Shown: positions 35,881 through 47,192, counted from the stretch's first letter. The stretch is DNA of 64,000 bases from Pyrinomonadaceae bacterium (GCA_963807365.1 CAWEBR010000005.1:10087-74086), one strand, 5' to 3'. Notes: generated from the sequence alone by a model not told the origin. Numbers and translations: made by a program.

Positions 35881-36813
35881 CTAGCGGTCCTGGATCTGAT
35901 ACCGTGCGCGATCCTGTTCGCCGAGCTCTGCAATCTTAGTCATCACGAAATCTGAAATTTCTTTATAGGTTCGAATCCGATCTGGCTTGTCGAGATAGTT
36001 GGTGAGATCGAGCTGTCGACCAAAATAAATTCGAATCTGTTCACCGCCGGTCCAGTTTCCCATTACCTGCTTTGGCAAATCGTTTCCCAATCCCGTGATG
36101 AAAACCGGGATCACCTGCGGCGCCGCATCCTTGATCAGTTTCCCAACACCAGGTTGTGGCCGCAAATAGGAATATGGATCAGGACCTTTGTTGCGCGTGC
36201 CTTCCGGATGAAAGCCAACCACATTGCCCGGACCGTTGCGGCAAAGTTCGCTGAGAAGTCGCATCGAATATTTATCAAACTCGCGCTTCTCGATCATCGG
36301 CTTCTCGCCCGAGGCAAAGAACGGTGGATACATCGACCACCAGCCCATCACCAGATTCACGAAAAGACCCAGCGGCGACTCGTAAAAGAAACGTCCACGC
36401 ACCGGAAAGAACAACTGCTTCCGCCACGACGTGTTCCGGAAAAGGGCCGTGGAAACAACGTACATGTCGAAGAACGAGCGATGATTGGCGACGAGCAGGA
36501 TGGGACGATCACGAGAAACGGCCTCGACATTTTCGAGACCGTGGATGTTCATTATGTTGTAGGTGGCGAGGTGAATCCACCCGGCCCCAAAAACACTTTG
36601 GCACCAGGTCCAGAAACGCTTCCACGTGCCCCGATTCATCCGCCGGACAAAACGGAAAGCAAAGCGCTCAAACGAGGACAAGACGGCGAATTCTTCCGGA
36701 GTGGGTTCAAGGGACTGTCCGGAGTCCAAAGTCCTGAGCCCAAGGTCTTCCTTGTCTCGGTCCGGGTGGGGCCGTGAACTAACCTTCGGCTCAGGACTTT
36801 GGACATTGGACAT
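35881..36813 (-). CDS. plsC: 1-acyl-sn-glycerol-3-phosphate acyltransferase family (start uncertain)
   Basis: HX4D motif VANHRSFFD and FHPEGTRN block. The first ~30 codons of the called ORF overlap an intergenic-type inverted repeat (36724-36804), so the true start is probably further downstream. Confidence 0.8.
   Translation of the reverse strand: MSNVQSPEPKVSSRPHPDRDKEDLGLRTLDSGQSLEPTPEEFAVLSSFERFAFRFVRRMNRGTWKRFWTWCQSVFGAGWIHLATYNIMNIHGLENVEAVSRDRPILLVANHRSFFDMYVVSTALFRNTSWRKQLFFPVRGRFFYESPLGLFVNLVMGWWSMYPPFFASGEKPMIEKREFDKYSMRLLSELCRNGPGNVVGFHPEGTRNKGPDPYSYLRPQPGVGKLIKDAAPQVIPVFITGLGNDLPKQVMGNWTGGEQIRIYFGRQLDLTNYLDKPDRIRTYKEISDFVMTKIAELGEQDRARYQIQDR
36724..36804. repeat. 17-bp perfect inverted repeat with GGAC(A/T)TTGGAC tandem motif (REP-like)
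   Basis: GTCCAAAGTCCTGAGCC (36724-36740) versus GGCTCAGGACTTTGGAC (36788-36804), followed by TTGGACATTGGACATT...TTTGGACTTTGG. Confidence 0.85.
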
Positions 36814-36839
36814 TAGAGTTTGGACTTTGGCCCAGATTC

Positions 36840-39800
36840 TCAGTCGACTGCAAAGTATTTGGCTTCCGGGTGATGCGCGATGATCGCCGACGTCGATTGC
36901 TCGGGTTCGAGTTGAAACTCCTCGCTGAGTTCAACACCAATGCGTGAGGGATCCAGCAACTCAAAAAGTTTCGCCTGGTCCTCAAGATTTGGACAAGCCG
37001 GATAACCAAAACTGAAGCGCGAACCCTGATACTGTTGCCGGAACAACTTCCTCACGTCTGGAGCATCATCACCGGAAATCCCCATCTCTTCGCGAATGCG
37101 TTTGTGCCACAACTCCGCCAGGGCTTCGGCGCCCTCCACGCTGAGACCGTGAAAATAAAGGTAGTCAGCATAGTTGTCTGACTTGAATAGTTCCTGCGAA
37201 TATTCGGTGGCGCGCCTCCCCATGGTGACCAAATGAAAAGCCACAGTATCCATTTGGCCGGATTCTTTGGAGGCAAAGAAGTCGGCGAGACAGAGGTTCT
37301 TCCCCGCATTCAAAGGTTGTCGCGGAAAAGTAAAACGCATCCGCTCAGTTCTCTCGTCCTCCTGGTAAATAATCAAATCATTACCGGAAGATTGCGCCGG
37401 AAAATAGCCGTAGACCACGCGCGGCCTCAGAAGTTTCTCGCGCTTGCTGCGTTCTTTCAGTTCGTCGTAAATCGGTCGGACTTTGTTTTTTACGAGGGCT
37501 TCATACTCTTCTACCGGACGCTTCCCTTGTTTGAATTGCCATTGACCCTTAAACAATGCCGTCTCGTTAACAAAAGCAAAGACATCGTCAAGCGAAGTGT
37601 CTTCAACAACTCTCGAACCGTAAAACGGCAGCTTCGGAATGATCACATCAGTGCGTACCGCGGAGCGCGTTGTATGAGTTGTGTCGCCGCCAACTTTGGC
37701 CGTGCCGCGTGGTTTTACACTCTTGGAAATTCCAAGTTTAGCTTCTTCACCGACGCGGTCTTCAACGTCTTCGGGAATCTCGCCCCCGTTTCCGGTTGCG
37801 GCCGCAGCTTTTGCCAGGTCAGATGTGATTACATTCAAATCCGCGCCCGCCACCAGCTGGTCCATGGTGTGTAAACCAGCAAACGCGTCGCCCGCATAGA
37901 AGAGTGTTCCGTTATAAATCGACTTCAAGTCCTCATCAACATATCGCCGCGTGAGTGCGGCGCCGCCCAGAATGACCGGTACAGTCACGCCGCGTTCATT
38001 CATGAGTTCGAGGTTGTCTTTCATGATCAGCGTAGACTTAACCAGCAGTCCACTCATGCCGATCGCGTCGGCATTATGCTCCTCGTTGGCCAGGAGGATG
38101 TTATCAATCGTCTGCTTGATACCGAGGTTAATTACCTTGTAACCATTATTCGTGAGAATAATATCGACCAGGTTCTTACCGATATCGTGGACGTCACCCT
38201 TGACGGTTGCGAGTACGAGGGTTCCTTTTGCTGTCGCACCGCCCTTCTTTTCCATGAAAGGCTCCAGGAAACGGACCGCCGCTTTCATCGCTTCCGCAGA
38301 TTGCAGCACGAAAGGCAGTTGCATTTGACCGCTGCCGAATAGATCGCCAACCACCTTCATGCCGTCGAGCAGAATATTATTTATGATATCGAGCGCCGGG
38401 TGCGTTTCGAGCGCAGTTTTGAGTTCGTCCTCAAGTCCAATCTTTTCGCCGTCGATGATATGGTTCTTCAGGCGCTCCTCAACAGTTGCTCCCTTGTTTT
38501 CCTTTTTCGAACTCTTGGCTTTGACGTTTTCGAACAACGTGGTGAACTGCGTGAGCGGATCATAAGTACAAACTTCCCCGTCAAACTCCCGCCGGTCGTA
38601 AATCAGATCGCGCGCGACCTTAAGTTCTTGTTCACCGATGCGATTTAGCGGTTCGATCTTGCTGGCGTTAACTATCGCCGCATCGAGCCCGGCTTCGACC
38701 GCGTCATGCAGGAAAACCGAATTCAGAACTACTCGGGATGCCGGGTTGAGACCGAATGAAATATTGGACACGCCCAGGATCGTGAAACAGCCGGGCAGTT
38801 CTTTTTTAATCCGCCGAATTCCTTCAATGGTCTCAAGAGCGTTGCGGCGGTCCTCTTCAATACCGGTTGAGATTGGCAACGCGAGTGGATCGAAGAAAAT
38901 GTCGCTCGCCGGCAACTTGAGTTCGCCGGTCGCCTGCTCGTAGGCGCGTTTGGCGATCGCAAATTTCCCGTCAGCCGTGCGCGCCATTCCCTCTTCATCA
39001 ATGGTGCCGATGACCACGCTGGCGCCGTAACGTTGGGCCAGATCTATCACCTTCGCGAAACGCGGTTCGCCATCTTCGTAATTAGTCGAATTGAGAATGC
39101 TTTTGCCGCCGGCGTGTTCCAGTCCGGCTTCCATCTTTTCCCATTCAGTGGAGTCGAACATAAGCGGCAATTTGATGTTCGTCACGAGACGCGACGCGAG
39201 CTCGTGCATATCGGCTTCGCCGTTACGGCCCACGAAATCGACGTTAACATCAAGAATGTGCGCACCTTCACGCTCTTGCTCCTTCGCCAGCGCTACGAGC
39301 CCGTCCCAGTTTTCGGCGTTGAGCAGATCGCGCATCTTCTTTGAGCCGCTGGCGTTCACCCGCTCACCGACAATTAAAAACGACGCATCCTGAACATAAG
39401 GCTGCTGAAAATAAATTGACGAAGCGGACGGCACAAGTTTGGCATCGCGAACTTTCGGGGTGATCCGTTGCATCGCTTCGACTACCAGCTTCAGGTGTGC
39501 CGGTGTCGTGCCGCAGCAACCGCCGACGATGTTGACACCGAAGTCGGAAGCGAAGTGGACCACCTGAGCGGTGAAACTGTCAGGCGTTTCGTCGTAGTGC
39601 ATCTTCCCATCCACCACCGAAGGCAAACCTGCATTCGGCAGCACTGAAACGGGCAACGGCGCATTCTCGCAGAGATAGCGAATGCTCTCAGTCATGTGAC
39701 GCGGACCGGTGCCGCAGTTCATCCCGATAACATCAACTGGAAACGGTGCGAGCGCAGTCAAAGCGGCGCCTATCTCCGTCCCATTCAACATCGTGCCGAA

Positions 39801-40385
39801 AATTTCGATAGTGACCTGGGCAATGACCGGCACTTGCACCCGGTGCTTTTTGAAGTGTTCAAAGATCGCTGAGAGCGCAGCTTTGGTTTGAAGTAAATCC
39901 TGACAGGTTTCGACGATGAGCAGATCGGCGCCGCCGGCGAGCAGACCGCGCACTTGTTCCGCGTAGGCGGCTTTGAGATTGGGAAAGGTGATGTGGCCCA
40001 GCGTGGGCAGCTTACGGCCAGGTCCCATCGAGCCGGCAACCCATCGAGGTTTGTCTTTGGTTGAATAGTCGGCCGCTACTCGCTTCGCTAGCTGGGCGGC
40101 GAGGAGATTCATTTCGTAAGCCTTGTCGCCGATGCCGTATTCTTCAAAATCGATGGGCGTGCCGTTAAATGAATTCGTCTCGACCACGTCGCAGCCGACT
40201 TCTAAAAAAGCGGAGTGGACGTTTTCAACCGCGTCCGGCCGAGTAACGAGCAGATTCTCGTTACAGCCTTCGAATCGGAGACCACCAAAGTCGTCGAGGG
40301 TGAGGTTCTGCACTTGTAAATTGGTGCCCATCGCGCCGTCAAAGACGATAATGCGATCTTTTAGTGTGTCGAGAAAACTGGACAT
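36840..40385 (-). CDS. metH: cobalamin-dependent methionine synthase
   Basis: 1181 aa, intact. Hcy-binding, pterin-binding, B12-binding (GDVHDIGKN) and AdoMet-activation domains, all recognisable. Confidence 0.97.
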   Translation of the reverse strand: MSSFLDTLKDRIIVFDGAMGTNLQVQNLTLDDFGGLRFEGCNENLLVTRPDAVENVHSAFLEVGCDVVETNSFNGTPIDFEEYGIGDKAYEMNLLAAQLAKRVAADYSTKDKPRWVAGSMGPGRKLPTLGHITFPNLKAAYAEQVRGLLAGGADLLIVETCQDLLQTKAALSAIFEHFKKHRVQVPVIAQVTIEIFGTMLNGTEIGAALTALAPFPVDVIGMNCGTGPRHMTESIRYLCENAPLPVSVLPNAGLPSVVDGKMHYDETPDSFTAQVVHFASDFGVNIVGGCCGTTPAHLKLVVEAMQRITPKVRDAKLVPSASSIYFQQPYVQDASFLIVGERVNASGSKKMRDLLNAENWDGLVALAKEQEREGAHILDVNVDFVGRNGEADMHELASRLVTNIKLPLMFDSTEWEKMEAGLEHAGGKSILNSTNYEDGEPRFAKVIDLAQRYGASVVIGTIDEEGMARTADGKFAIAKRAYEQATGELKLPASDIFFDPLALPISTGIEEDRRNALETIEGIRRIKKELPGCFTILGVSNISFGLNPASRVVLNSVFLHDAVEAGLDAAIVNASKIEPLNRIGEQELKVARDLIYDRREFDGEVCTYDPLTQFTTLFENVKAKSSKKENKGATVEERLKNHIIDGEKIGLEDELKTALETHPALDIINNILLDGMKVVGDLFGSGQMQLPFVLQSAEAMKAAVRFLEPFMEKKGGATAKGTLVLATVKGDVHDIGKNLVDIILTNNGYKVINLGIKQTIDNILLANEEHNADAIGMSGLLVKSTLIMKDNLELMNERGVTVPVILGGAALTRRYVDEDLKSIYNGTLFYAGDAFAGLHTMDQLVAGADLNVITSDLAKAAAATGNGGEIPEDVEDRVGEEAKLGISKSVKPRGTAKVGGDTTHTTRSAVRTDVIIPKLPFYGSRVVEDTSLDDVFAFVNETALFKGQWQFKQGKRPVEEYEALVKNKVRPIYDELKERSKREKLLRPRVVYGYFPAQSSGNDLIIYQEDERTERMRFTFPRQPLNAGKNLCLADFFASKESGQMDTVAFHLVTMGRRATEYSQELFKSDNYADYLYFHGLSVEGAEALAELWHKRIREEMGISGDDAPDVRKLFRQQYQGSRFSFGYPACPNLEDQAKLFELLDPSRIGVELSEEFQLEPEQSTSAIIAHHPEAKYFAVD

Positions 40386-40463
40386 AGTCGGTTAATGGTA
40401 ATGGTAAACAGTGGATGGCCGCTCAGATGAACCGGTGTATTTCAGTTCACTTTTACCAATGCG

Positions 40464-41190
<727 letters not shown>

Positions 41191-41202
41191 TTTCTGATAT
41201 CC

Positions 41203-42426
41203 ATGATGACCAAACCAGCCCCTTCTTCATTTCGCGAATCAGCCAACGTGGCAAAAATGCAAGCCTCGTCCACGCTGGCGGCGATGCAGGCAGCCGATGC
41301 ACTCCGTTCTGAGGGGGTCACCGTCTTTGATTTCGGTGCTGGGGAGCCCGATTTTGACACTCCCGACAACATCAAGCGCGCCGCCGAAGAAGCCATGCGT
41401 GGCGGCAAGACTAAATACACGCCCACCGCCGGAACGCGGCTGGTTCAGCAGGCGATCATCGATTTTTATAAACGGGAGTTTGGCACGGCCTACGAACGAA
41501 ATGAGGTGATGACTACTTCGGGCGGGAAGCAGGCGATTTTTAACGCCGTCGTCAGTTTGATAAACCCCGGCGACGAAGTGTTGATTGCGAAACCTTACTG
41601 GGTGACCTTTCCCGAAGTCGTCGCCTTCGCCGGCGGCCTTCCAGTTTATATTGAGACCGAAGAAAGTGGGTTTGTGCTGAGCGCGGAACAGGTCCAACGC
41701 GCAATAACTCCGCGGACGAAGTTGATCATTCTAAACTCGCCATCGAATCCATCCGGCCGCGTAATTCCGCCGGAGGAATTCCAGCGCATCATGGAGGTGC
41801 TGTCCGAGCGCGGGATTTATGTAATTTCTGACGAATGCTATCTGCGATTTGTCTATCCGCCCGCCGAAGTTTTCAGTGCCGCTTCTCTGCCAGACGAGTT
41901 GCGCAGCCGCCTCTGCATCGCTGGCTCATTCTCAAAAACATATGCGATGACCGGCTGGCGCATTGGTTATGCGCTGGCGTCGCCCGCCTGGACCAAAGCC
42001 ATGCTGAAAGTGCAAGGTCATTCGACGAGTAATGCAAACTCGATAGCCCAGAGCGCGGCGGTTGAAGCTCTCAATGGATCACAGGAATCCGTAGCTGGAA
42101 TGTTAGCCGAGTACACCGCACGGCGAAGCTGGCTGCTATCCGCGCTGCGGGAAATTCCCGGGCTCGCCTGTAACGAACCTGAAGGAGCCTTCTACGCTTT
42201 TCCGAGTGTTAAAGCCTGTCTGGGAGGTGAAGTGAGAACGTCGGGTGACTTTGCTCAACGGTTGATTACGGAGAAGCAGACAGTAGTAACAGACGGAGCC
42301 GCTTTCGGGGCGGAAGGTTATCTTCGAATTTCTTATGCAACCTCGATGAGTCAGCTACAGGAAGGAATCGGACGAATTAGGAGCTTTGTTGAACGGCTGG
42401 AGCCGAAAGCCGAAGCAAAACCTTAG
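41203..42426 (+). CDS. class I/II PLP-dependent (aspartate-type) aminotransferase
   Basis: 407 aa. GEPDFDTP, NPSNPSG, SFSKTYAMTGWRIGY (PLP lysine). Confidence 0.9.
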   Translation: MMTKPAPSSFRESANVAKMQASSTLAAMQAADALRSEGVTVFDFGAGEPDFDTPDNIKRAAEEAMRGGKTKYTPTAGTRLVQQAIIDFYKREFGTAYERNEVMTTSGGKQAIFNAVVSLINPGDEVLIAKPYWVTFPEVVAFAGGLPVYIETEESGFVLSAEQVQRAITPRTKLIILNSPSNPSGRVIPPEEFQRIMEVLSERGIYVISDECYLRFVYPPAEVFSAASLPDELRSRLCIAGSFSKTYAMTGWRIGYALASPAWTKAMLKVQGHSTSNANSIAQSAAVEALNGSQESVAGMLAEYTARRSWLLSALREIPGLACNEPEGAFYAFPSVKACLGGEVRTSGDFAQRLITEKQTVVTDGAAFGAEGYLRISYATSMSQLQEGIGRIRSFVERLEPKAEAKP

Positions 42427-42494
42427 GGAGGATTCCCTACTTAACGCGGCGGGAGCCTGCTGTTGGCGAACAAACAAATGCCGTTAAAGAAATT

Positions 42495-42520
42495 GGGCGC
42501 CGACTAATCAGCCGGCGCCC
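42495..42520. terminator. hairpin between convergent genes
   Basis: GGGCGCCG (42495-42502) pairs with CGGCGCCC (42513-42520). Lies between the aminotransferase stop and the anti-sigma stop. Confidence 0.45.
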
Positions 42521-42545
42521 GCTATGTTTCCACTAAAGAAAGTCT

Positions 42546-44057
42546 TTAGTAAAGGTTAAAGCTATATTCAAGCTGTATGTGCATTGAGACTGGTCGGCCA
42601 TCTTTGGTTGCGGGAACGAACTTGATATTCCTGGCCGCGGCGATAGCCCTCTCGGTCAGGCCATGCGGCAATCCTGATACGGCCCTGATTCCGGATACCT
42701 GTCCGCCCGAGGTCAATATGGCTCGCAGGACGACAGTTCCAGTCACCTGATTTTTTCGCGCATCTTCGGTGTAATTCGGTTCGGGTTTGGATATGACGCG
42801 AGCTTTGGTACTGACCTCTTTGCCGCTGAACACTCGGTTGTAGTCAGTGCCGCCTCCGCCGCCGCCGGGCCCGCCGCCACCGTCGTTGCGATCACCGCCG
42901 CCGATATTGCCGCCACGACCGGGTCCGAGACCTCCGCCCTCGCCGGGGCCCATACCTCCGCCGATTCCGGTGCCCATGCCATTTCCCTTACCTTGCCCAG
43001 ACGATGGATCCGTGCTCTTCGAATCGCGCAAACCATATGGCAGCAGACGCGCGTCTGGGGGAACCAGCATCGGATCTGCAACTATGGTCGCCGCCACTGG
43101 TAAAGCGGGGTTTTTGATCGTTGGGGGCTTCGGGTCCGGAGCGACAATCTGAGGGACCGTTAGCGAAGCTTGCGGAGTTTTGCCAAATGAAGCTGGCTTT
43201 GGATCCTCGCGACCGCCGCCACCACCGCCGCCGGCTTTTTCCTGCTTGGGTTTACTGCCGCCGCCCGTACCTTTGTTAAGCCCGGCCGTGCCGACGTCAG
43301 GAGTTGGCTGTTCTGATGGAATGTCAACCATGCTCTCGAGTATCAGCTGTTCTTCGTTTGCGGCCTGCGCCAAATCGAGGCGAACTTGAAACTTATCTAA
43401 CAAAACGACACCGACGATCGATGCAATCATGATCACCAGTGCGCTCAAAATACCGGTGGCGACGTTCGGCTGTGAAAGGAAGCGCCAACCGGCCTGGCTA
43501 TAGCCGACCATTCCGCGCTTGGTAAAGCCAAACGGATCCTTCTTAAATTCAGGCCAGGTGAGCTCAGACTCGTGAGCCACCTCTTTAAGGGCGTCTGCCA
43601 AGCGGGAGGTCAGCCCCGAATCATCCATGAAAGTGAAATGAAACTCGTCACGTTGAACCATCGCCACCGCGCTTCCGGCAGCCGTAGCGGCCATCATGGG
43701 CGGAGCGATGTTGACAGGTTCGCTGACCGGGGGTGGCGGCGCGATAACCGGAATCTCCGGCTCAACGACTGCCGCGTTTAAGGGGGTGCCATCCACCGGA
43801 CAAAAACTGAACTTATCCGCAAACTCTTCTTTGCATGTGGAGCAAAACTTCATCGTTACTACCTCGTTTTGGCTTGGGACGAGCAGAGCGGCCTCGGCCG
43901 ATCCTGCATTTCCAAACTGCATATGATAACTGTTTGCGACTCGCTGATCGAGAGTTTTCGGCGCCTCTGGGGTAATCCAGCGCTCCAGCAGATTCTTAAG
44001 TTCATCTTCTGAAACGAAGTTGTCGCCGGGCTCTCCGGAACCAAAGCTACTGCTCAT
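42546..44057 (-). CDS. anti-sigma-like membrane protein: zinc ribbon, TM, Gly/Pro-rich region, C-terminal TonB domain
   Basis: FCSTCKEEFADKFSFCPVDG zinc ribbon. TM GILSALVIMIASIVGVVLL. Long G/P low-complexity run. C-terminal PNYTEDARKNQVTGTVVLRAILTSGGQVSGIRAVSGLPHGLTERAIAAARNIKFVPATKDGRPV (TonB_C). ATG 44057 lies next to the sigma gene stop. Confidence 0.8.
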   Translation of the reverse strand: MSSSFGSGEPGDNFVSEDELKNLLERWITPEAPKTLDQRVANSYHMQFGNAGSAEAALLVPSQNEVVTMKFCSTCKEEFADKFSFCPVDGTPLNAAVVEPEIPVIAPPPPVSEPVNIAPPMMAATAAGSAVAMVQRDEFHFTFMDDSGLTSRLADALKEVAHESELTWPEFKKDPFGFTKRGMVGYSQAGWRFLSQPNVATGILSALVIMIASIVGVVLLDKFQVRLDLAQAANEEQLILESMVDIPSEQPTPDVGTAGLNKGTGGGSKPKQEKAGGGGGGGREDPKPASFGKTPQASLTVPQIVAPDPKPPTIKNPALPVAATIVADPMLVPPDARLLPYGLRDSKSTDPSSGQGKGNGMGTGIGGGMGPGEGGGLGPGRGGNIGGGDRNDGGGGPGGGGGGTDYNRVFSGKEVSTKARVISKPEPNYTEDARKNQVTGTVVLRAILTSGGQVSGIRAVSGLPHGLTERAIAAARNIKFVPATKDGRPVSMHIQLEYSFNLY

Positions 44058-44058
44058 T

Positions 44059-44646
44059 TCAAGCCCTCTCCAAAGTAACAATTTCCCGATTAGGATTCAA
44101 ATAAGGTTGAAGCGCATATCTTAGCCGCTCGCGCGCCCGAAACAGCCGCGCTTTTACCGCTCCAACATCCGTCTCCACCAGGCTCGCAATTTCATACATC
44201 GATAGACCTTCATATTCAAAAAGCACCAGGGCCTCGCGCTGTAGTGGTGAAAGCCCGGCCACGGCTTCCTGCACTTTCAATGACAGCTCCTGGTCCAGCA
44301 AATATCCCAGGGGCTCCACACTCACCGTAAAACGCTGGTCGTCTTCAAAGTCGTCAATCGCCGATTCCCTACCTAGTTTTCTCAGCTGTTTCAACCAAAG
44401 ATTTCGAGCCGCCGAAAATAGATAGGTCCGCAAAGTCGCGCGACCAAAAATGAAATTGTCCGGCTTCCGCATCAGGCTGAGAAAACAGTCATGAGTGATG
44501 TCCTCAGCCATCTCGACACTGCCCGAAAGTCTATAAGTAAAACGGAAAACCGGGTCGCGATGTTGCTGATATAACTCAAGGAACGCTGCTCGATCGCCAG
44601 CTCCTGCTTGTTGCAGCAAAAGTTCCTCTGTGGTTCTCTCTGACAA
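44059..44646 (-). CDS. ECF-type RNA polymerase sigma-70 factor (start uncertain)
   Basis: Region 2 (DRAAFLELYQQHRDPVFRFTYRLSGSVEMAEDITHDCF) and region 4 (LSPLQREALVLFEYEGLSMYEIASLVETDVGAVKARLFRARERL). The ORF is open to 44877, but TTG 44646 gives a normal ~195-aa ECF length. Confidence 0.85.
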   Translation of the reverse strand: MSERTTEELLLQQAGAGDRAAFLELYQQHRDPVFRFTYRLSGSVEMAEDITHDCFLSLMRKPDNFIFGRATLRTYLFSAARNLWLKQLRKLGRESAIDDFEDDQRFTVSVEPLGYLLDQELSLKVQEAVAGLSPLQREALVLFEYEGLSMYEIASLVETDVGAVKARLFRARERLRYALQPYLNPNREIVTLERA

Positions 44647-44968
44647 TCGGCACTCAATTCTGTAGGAATCGCTTCCTACTTGTATTCCCGCCAAACGTCG
44701 AAAGGTTACGCTCTTCCGGGAAAGTTTCAGCTCCTCGCTCGTTACTTCAAACACCGGCGGTCGAAGCTTTCCAGATTTGCCGGTGATGGACTGACCGCCT
44801 CCGAGGGCAATGGAGGGGCAAATACTTATCAAACCACGGCCTTGGATGCATTTAGGGGCCAAACGGTTGACGGGCAAATATCTCGCATCTAAGATGTTTG
44901 CTCCCCTTTGCTTCCTAATCCGAAAAAAGTTTCAAGGTTGGTTTAGAGTAAGGCCCCCGCTATCGTTT

Positions 44969-46402
44969 ATGAACTGCGAACTCAAGAATTTCCTAACAAA
45001 AATAGTAATTGCGCTCTCTCTGCTGGCCCCGTTCTCCGATTCGGCTGCCGGTCAAACATCTGGTGCACCGGAACGATCCCGGCTTTTGAATGAGCTCAAG
45101 GTTCTCCTGTTGCCGAGCCCGGGCGGACAGGATGTGTTGGTTAAGTTGCGGATCAATAGCGGAGCTGCCTTCGACCTCGCCGGCAAAGCGGGCACCATGG
45201 CCCTGCTTGGGGACCTGCTGTTCCCTGACCCAAACACGCGAGAGTATTTTACGGATGAGATGCAGGGCCGCCTCGCCGTGTCCACGGATTACGACTCAAT
45301 AACCATTACAATGCAGGGTCGAACGCGCGAGTTTGAGCGAATCATCGAGATTCTGCGCAATGCTGTAGTGACGACCCCACTGACTCCGGAAAACGTGCTG
45401 AAGGCCCGTGAAATCCGCTCGAAGATAGTTAAAGACACCTCTATCCTTCCTGCTGCCTTGGCCGACCGCGCCATTGCAGTCCGGCTGTTTGGCGATTTTC
45501 CTTATGGCAGGCCGCATGGCGGTACGCTCGAGTCGCTCGAAAGGATCGAACGCGCCGACCTGATGCAGGCGCGTGAGCGCTTCCTGAACCCCAACAACTC
45601 AACGCTGGTGATCGTCGGTGACCTGCAACCGAGCCGTGCGCGCAGAGTGTTGCGCCAACTGCTTGGGACCTGGCGCAAGAGTGAATCGGTTGTGCCGGCT
45701 ACTTTCAGGCAGCCGTTGCCTCCGGATCCACGTCCTCTCCTTATCAATACGCCCTGCGGATCAGAGCGTCGAAGTCCGACTGGCAGTGCGTGGACTGGCG
45801 CGCACGGATCCCGACTCAGCGGCGGCTGATGTGCTCGCCAACGTTGCTCGCCAACGCTGGATAAAGCTAATGCCCGACTTGTCGCGTAGCCCCGTCTACG
45901 TGCGACGCGACGCTTTCTTGCTCCCAGGCATGTTTGTTATGGGCGCGACAGTTGAGAATCTTCTGGCGGGTAAAGCTCTGTCAGGGGCACGCGAGATTTT
46001 GCGCTCGTTGGCCAGCAATCCGATCACGCCGGACGAATTGGCTCAGGCCAGGAGCGAGGTGATTGCAAACATCAACAAAGATCGACAGCAGCCGGATGGG
46101 ATAGCGGAGGCCTGGCTGGATATCGAAGGCTACAAGCTCGCGCCATTTGAAGAGCAAGTGCGAACTCTTGAATTCGATAACCTCAGACGATCTCCGACGG
46201 GTCGGCTGGGAGACTAGTTGATGAAAAAGCAATCGCCACAGTTGTCGTCGGCAATTCCACCCTCGTCAAGACTCAGCTCGAACAGATCGGAAAGGTTGAG
46301 GTCCTCGGCGAGATGGAAAGTACACCAGCGAAATCGCCCGACAAGAGAACAACCTCCGAAGTCTCCAAACCTCAAACCAAATCTCCGTCGAAACCTGATT
46401 AA
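44969..46402 (+). pseudogene. M16 (insulinase)-family peptidase-like protein, no HxxEH seen, at least three frame breaks
   Basis: Signal peptide MNCELKNFLTKIVIALSLLAPFSDSAAG. Homology continues through frames: ...PLLIN / RPADQSVEVRLAVRGLARTDPD... / TSDDLRRVGWE / EKAIATVVVGNSTLVKTQLEQIGKVEVLGE...KPD*. Breaks at about 45747, 46175, 46215. Confidence 0.8.
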
Positions 46403-46457
46403 TCACAAATCATTCGCAATCTCCTTGCAACCACATTATTAACAAGAACCGCTTACT

Positions 46458-47192
46458 GTGGCTGAGAACGAAAGCGCTACGAATACTGACCAGGCTCGAC
46501 GCGTGCGCGAGATGTTCGCGGCTATTGCAGCGCGCTACGATCTTTTAAATCATCTGCTGTCCGGCAACATCGACAAGCGATGGAGACGTCTGGTTACGTC
46601 AGACTGTTTATCAAACGCTGCCATCGGGGGATGGTCGCATCCTCGATGTGGCGTGTGGTACGGGCGATCTTTCGTTGACCATCTCCGGCGGGGGCAGGGC
46701 CCAGGTCGTGGGGCTTGGATTTTTGTCGGCCGATGCTTGAGATCGCTAGCGGTAAAGAGTTTCAAACGTTGGCAGGAATATTCCTTTCATTGAGGGTGAT
46801 GCTCTCGCGCTCCCCTTTCGCGACGGCTCTTTTGACGGCGTAACGATCGCTTTTGGTCTTCGAAATCTGGCCGGCGTTAAGGCGGGTTTGGTCGAGTTGC
46901 TGACGAGTAGCGAGACCAGGCGCATGGGTGGCCGTGCTGGAGTTTTCGAAACCGAAATATGCGCTGTTTCGCCGGCTCTTCAAAGTTTATTTTACCCGGT
47001 TGTTGCCGCTGCGTCGGCGGGTTGATAAGTGGATCCAGGGGCGCTTACGAATACTTGCCGGATTCGGTTTCGCGCTTCCCAGATCAGGATGAGCTCTCGG
47101 CAATGATGAGAGAAGCGGGATTCGAGAAGGTCACTTACAAGAATCTAACTGGAGGAATCGCGGCGCTTCATCTTGGTCGCCGGCCCCAGTAA
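46458..47192 (+). pseudogene. ubiE: demethylmenaquinone/ubiquinone C-methyltransferase, about five frame breaks
   Basis: [29 protein letters not shown] / [25 protein letters not shown] / [10 protein letters not shown] / [30 protein letters not shown] / ARPGAWVAVLEFSKP...FKVYFTRLLPL / GGLISGSRGAYEYLPDSVSRFPDQDELSAMMREAGFEKVTY.... Segments lie in alternating frames. Confidence 0.88.

Noticed and set aside
42847-43389. Pro-rich plus-strand ORFs (101 aa and 69 aa).
   Set aside because: They are antisense translations of the Gly-rich low-complexity region of the anti-sigma/TonB gene (GGN codons read as NCC).
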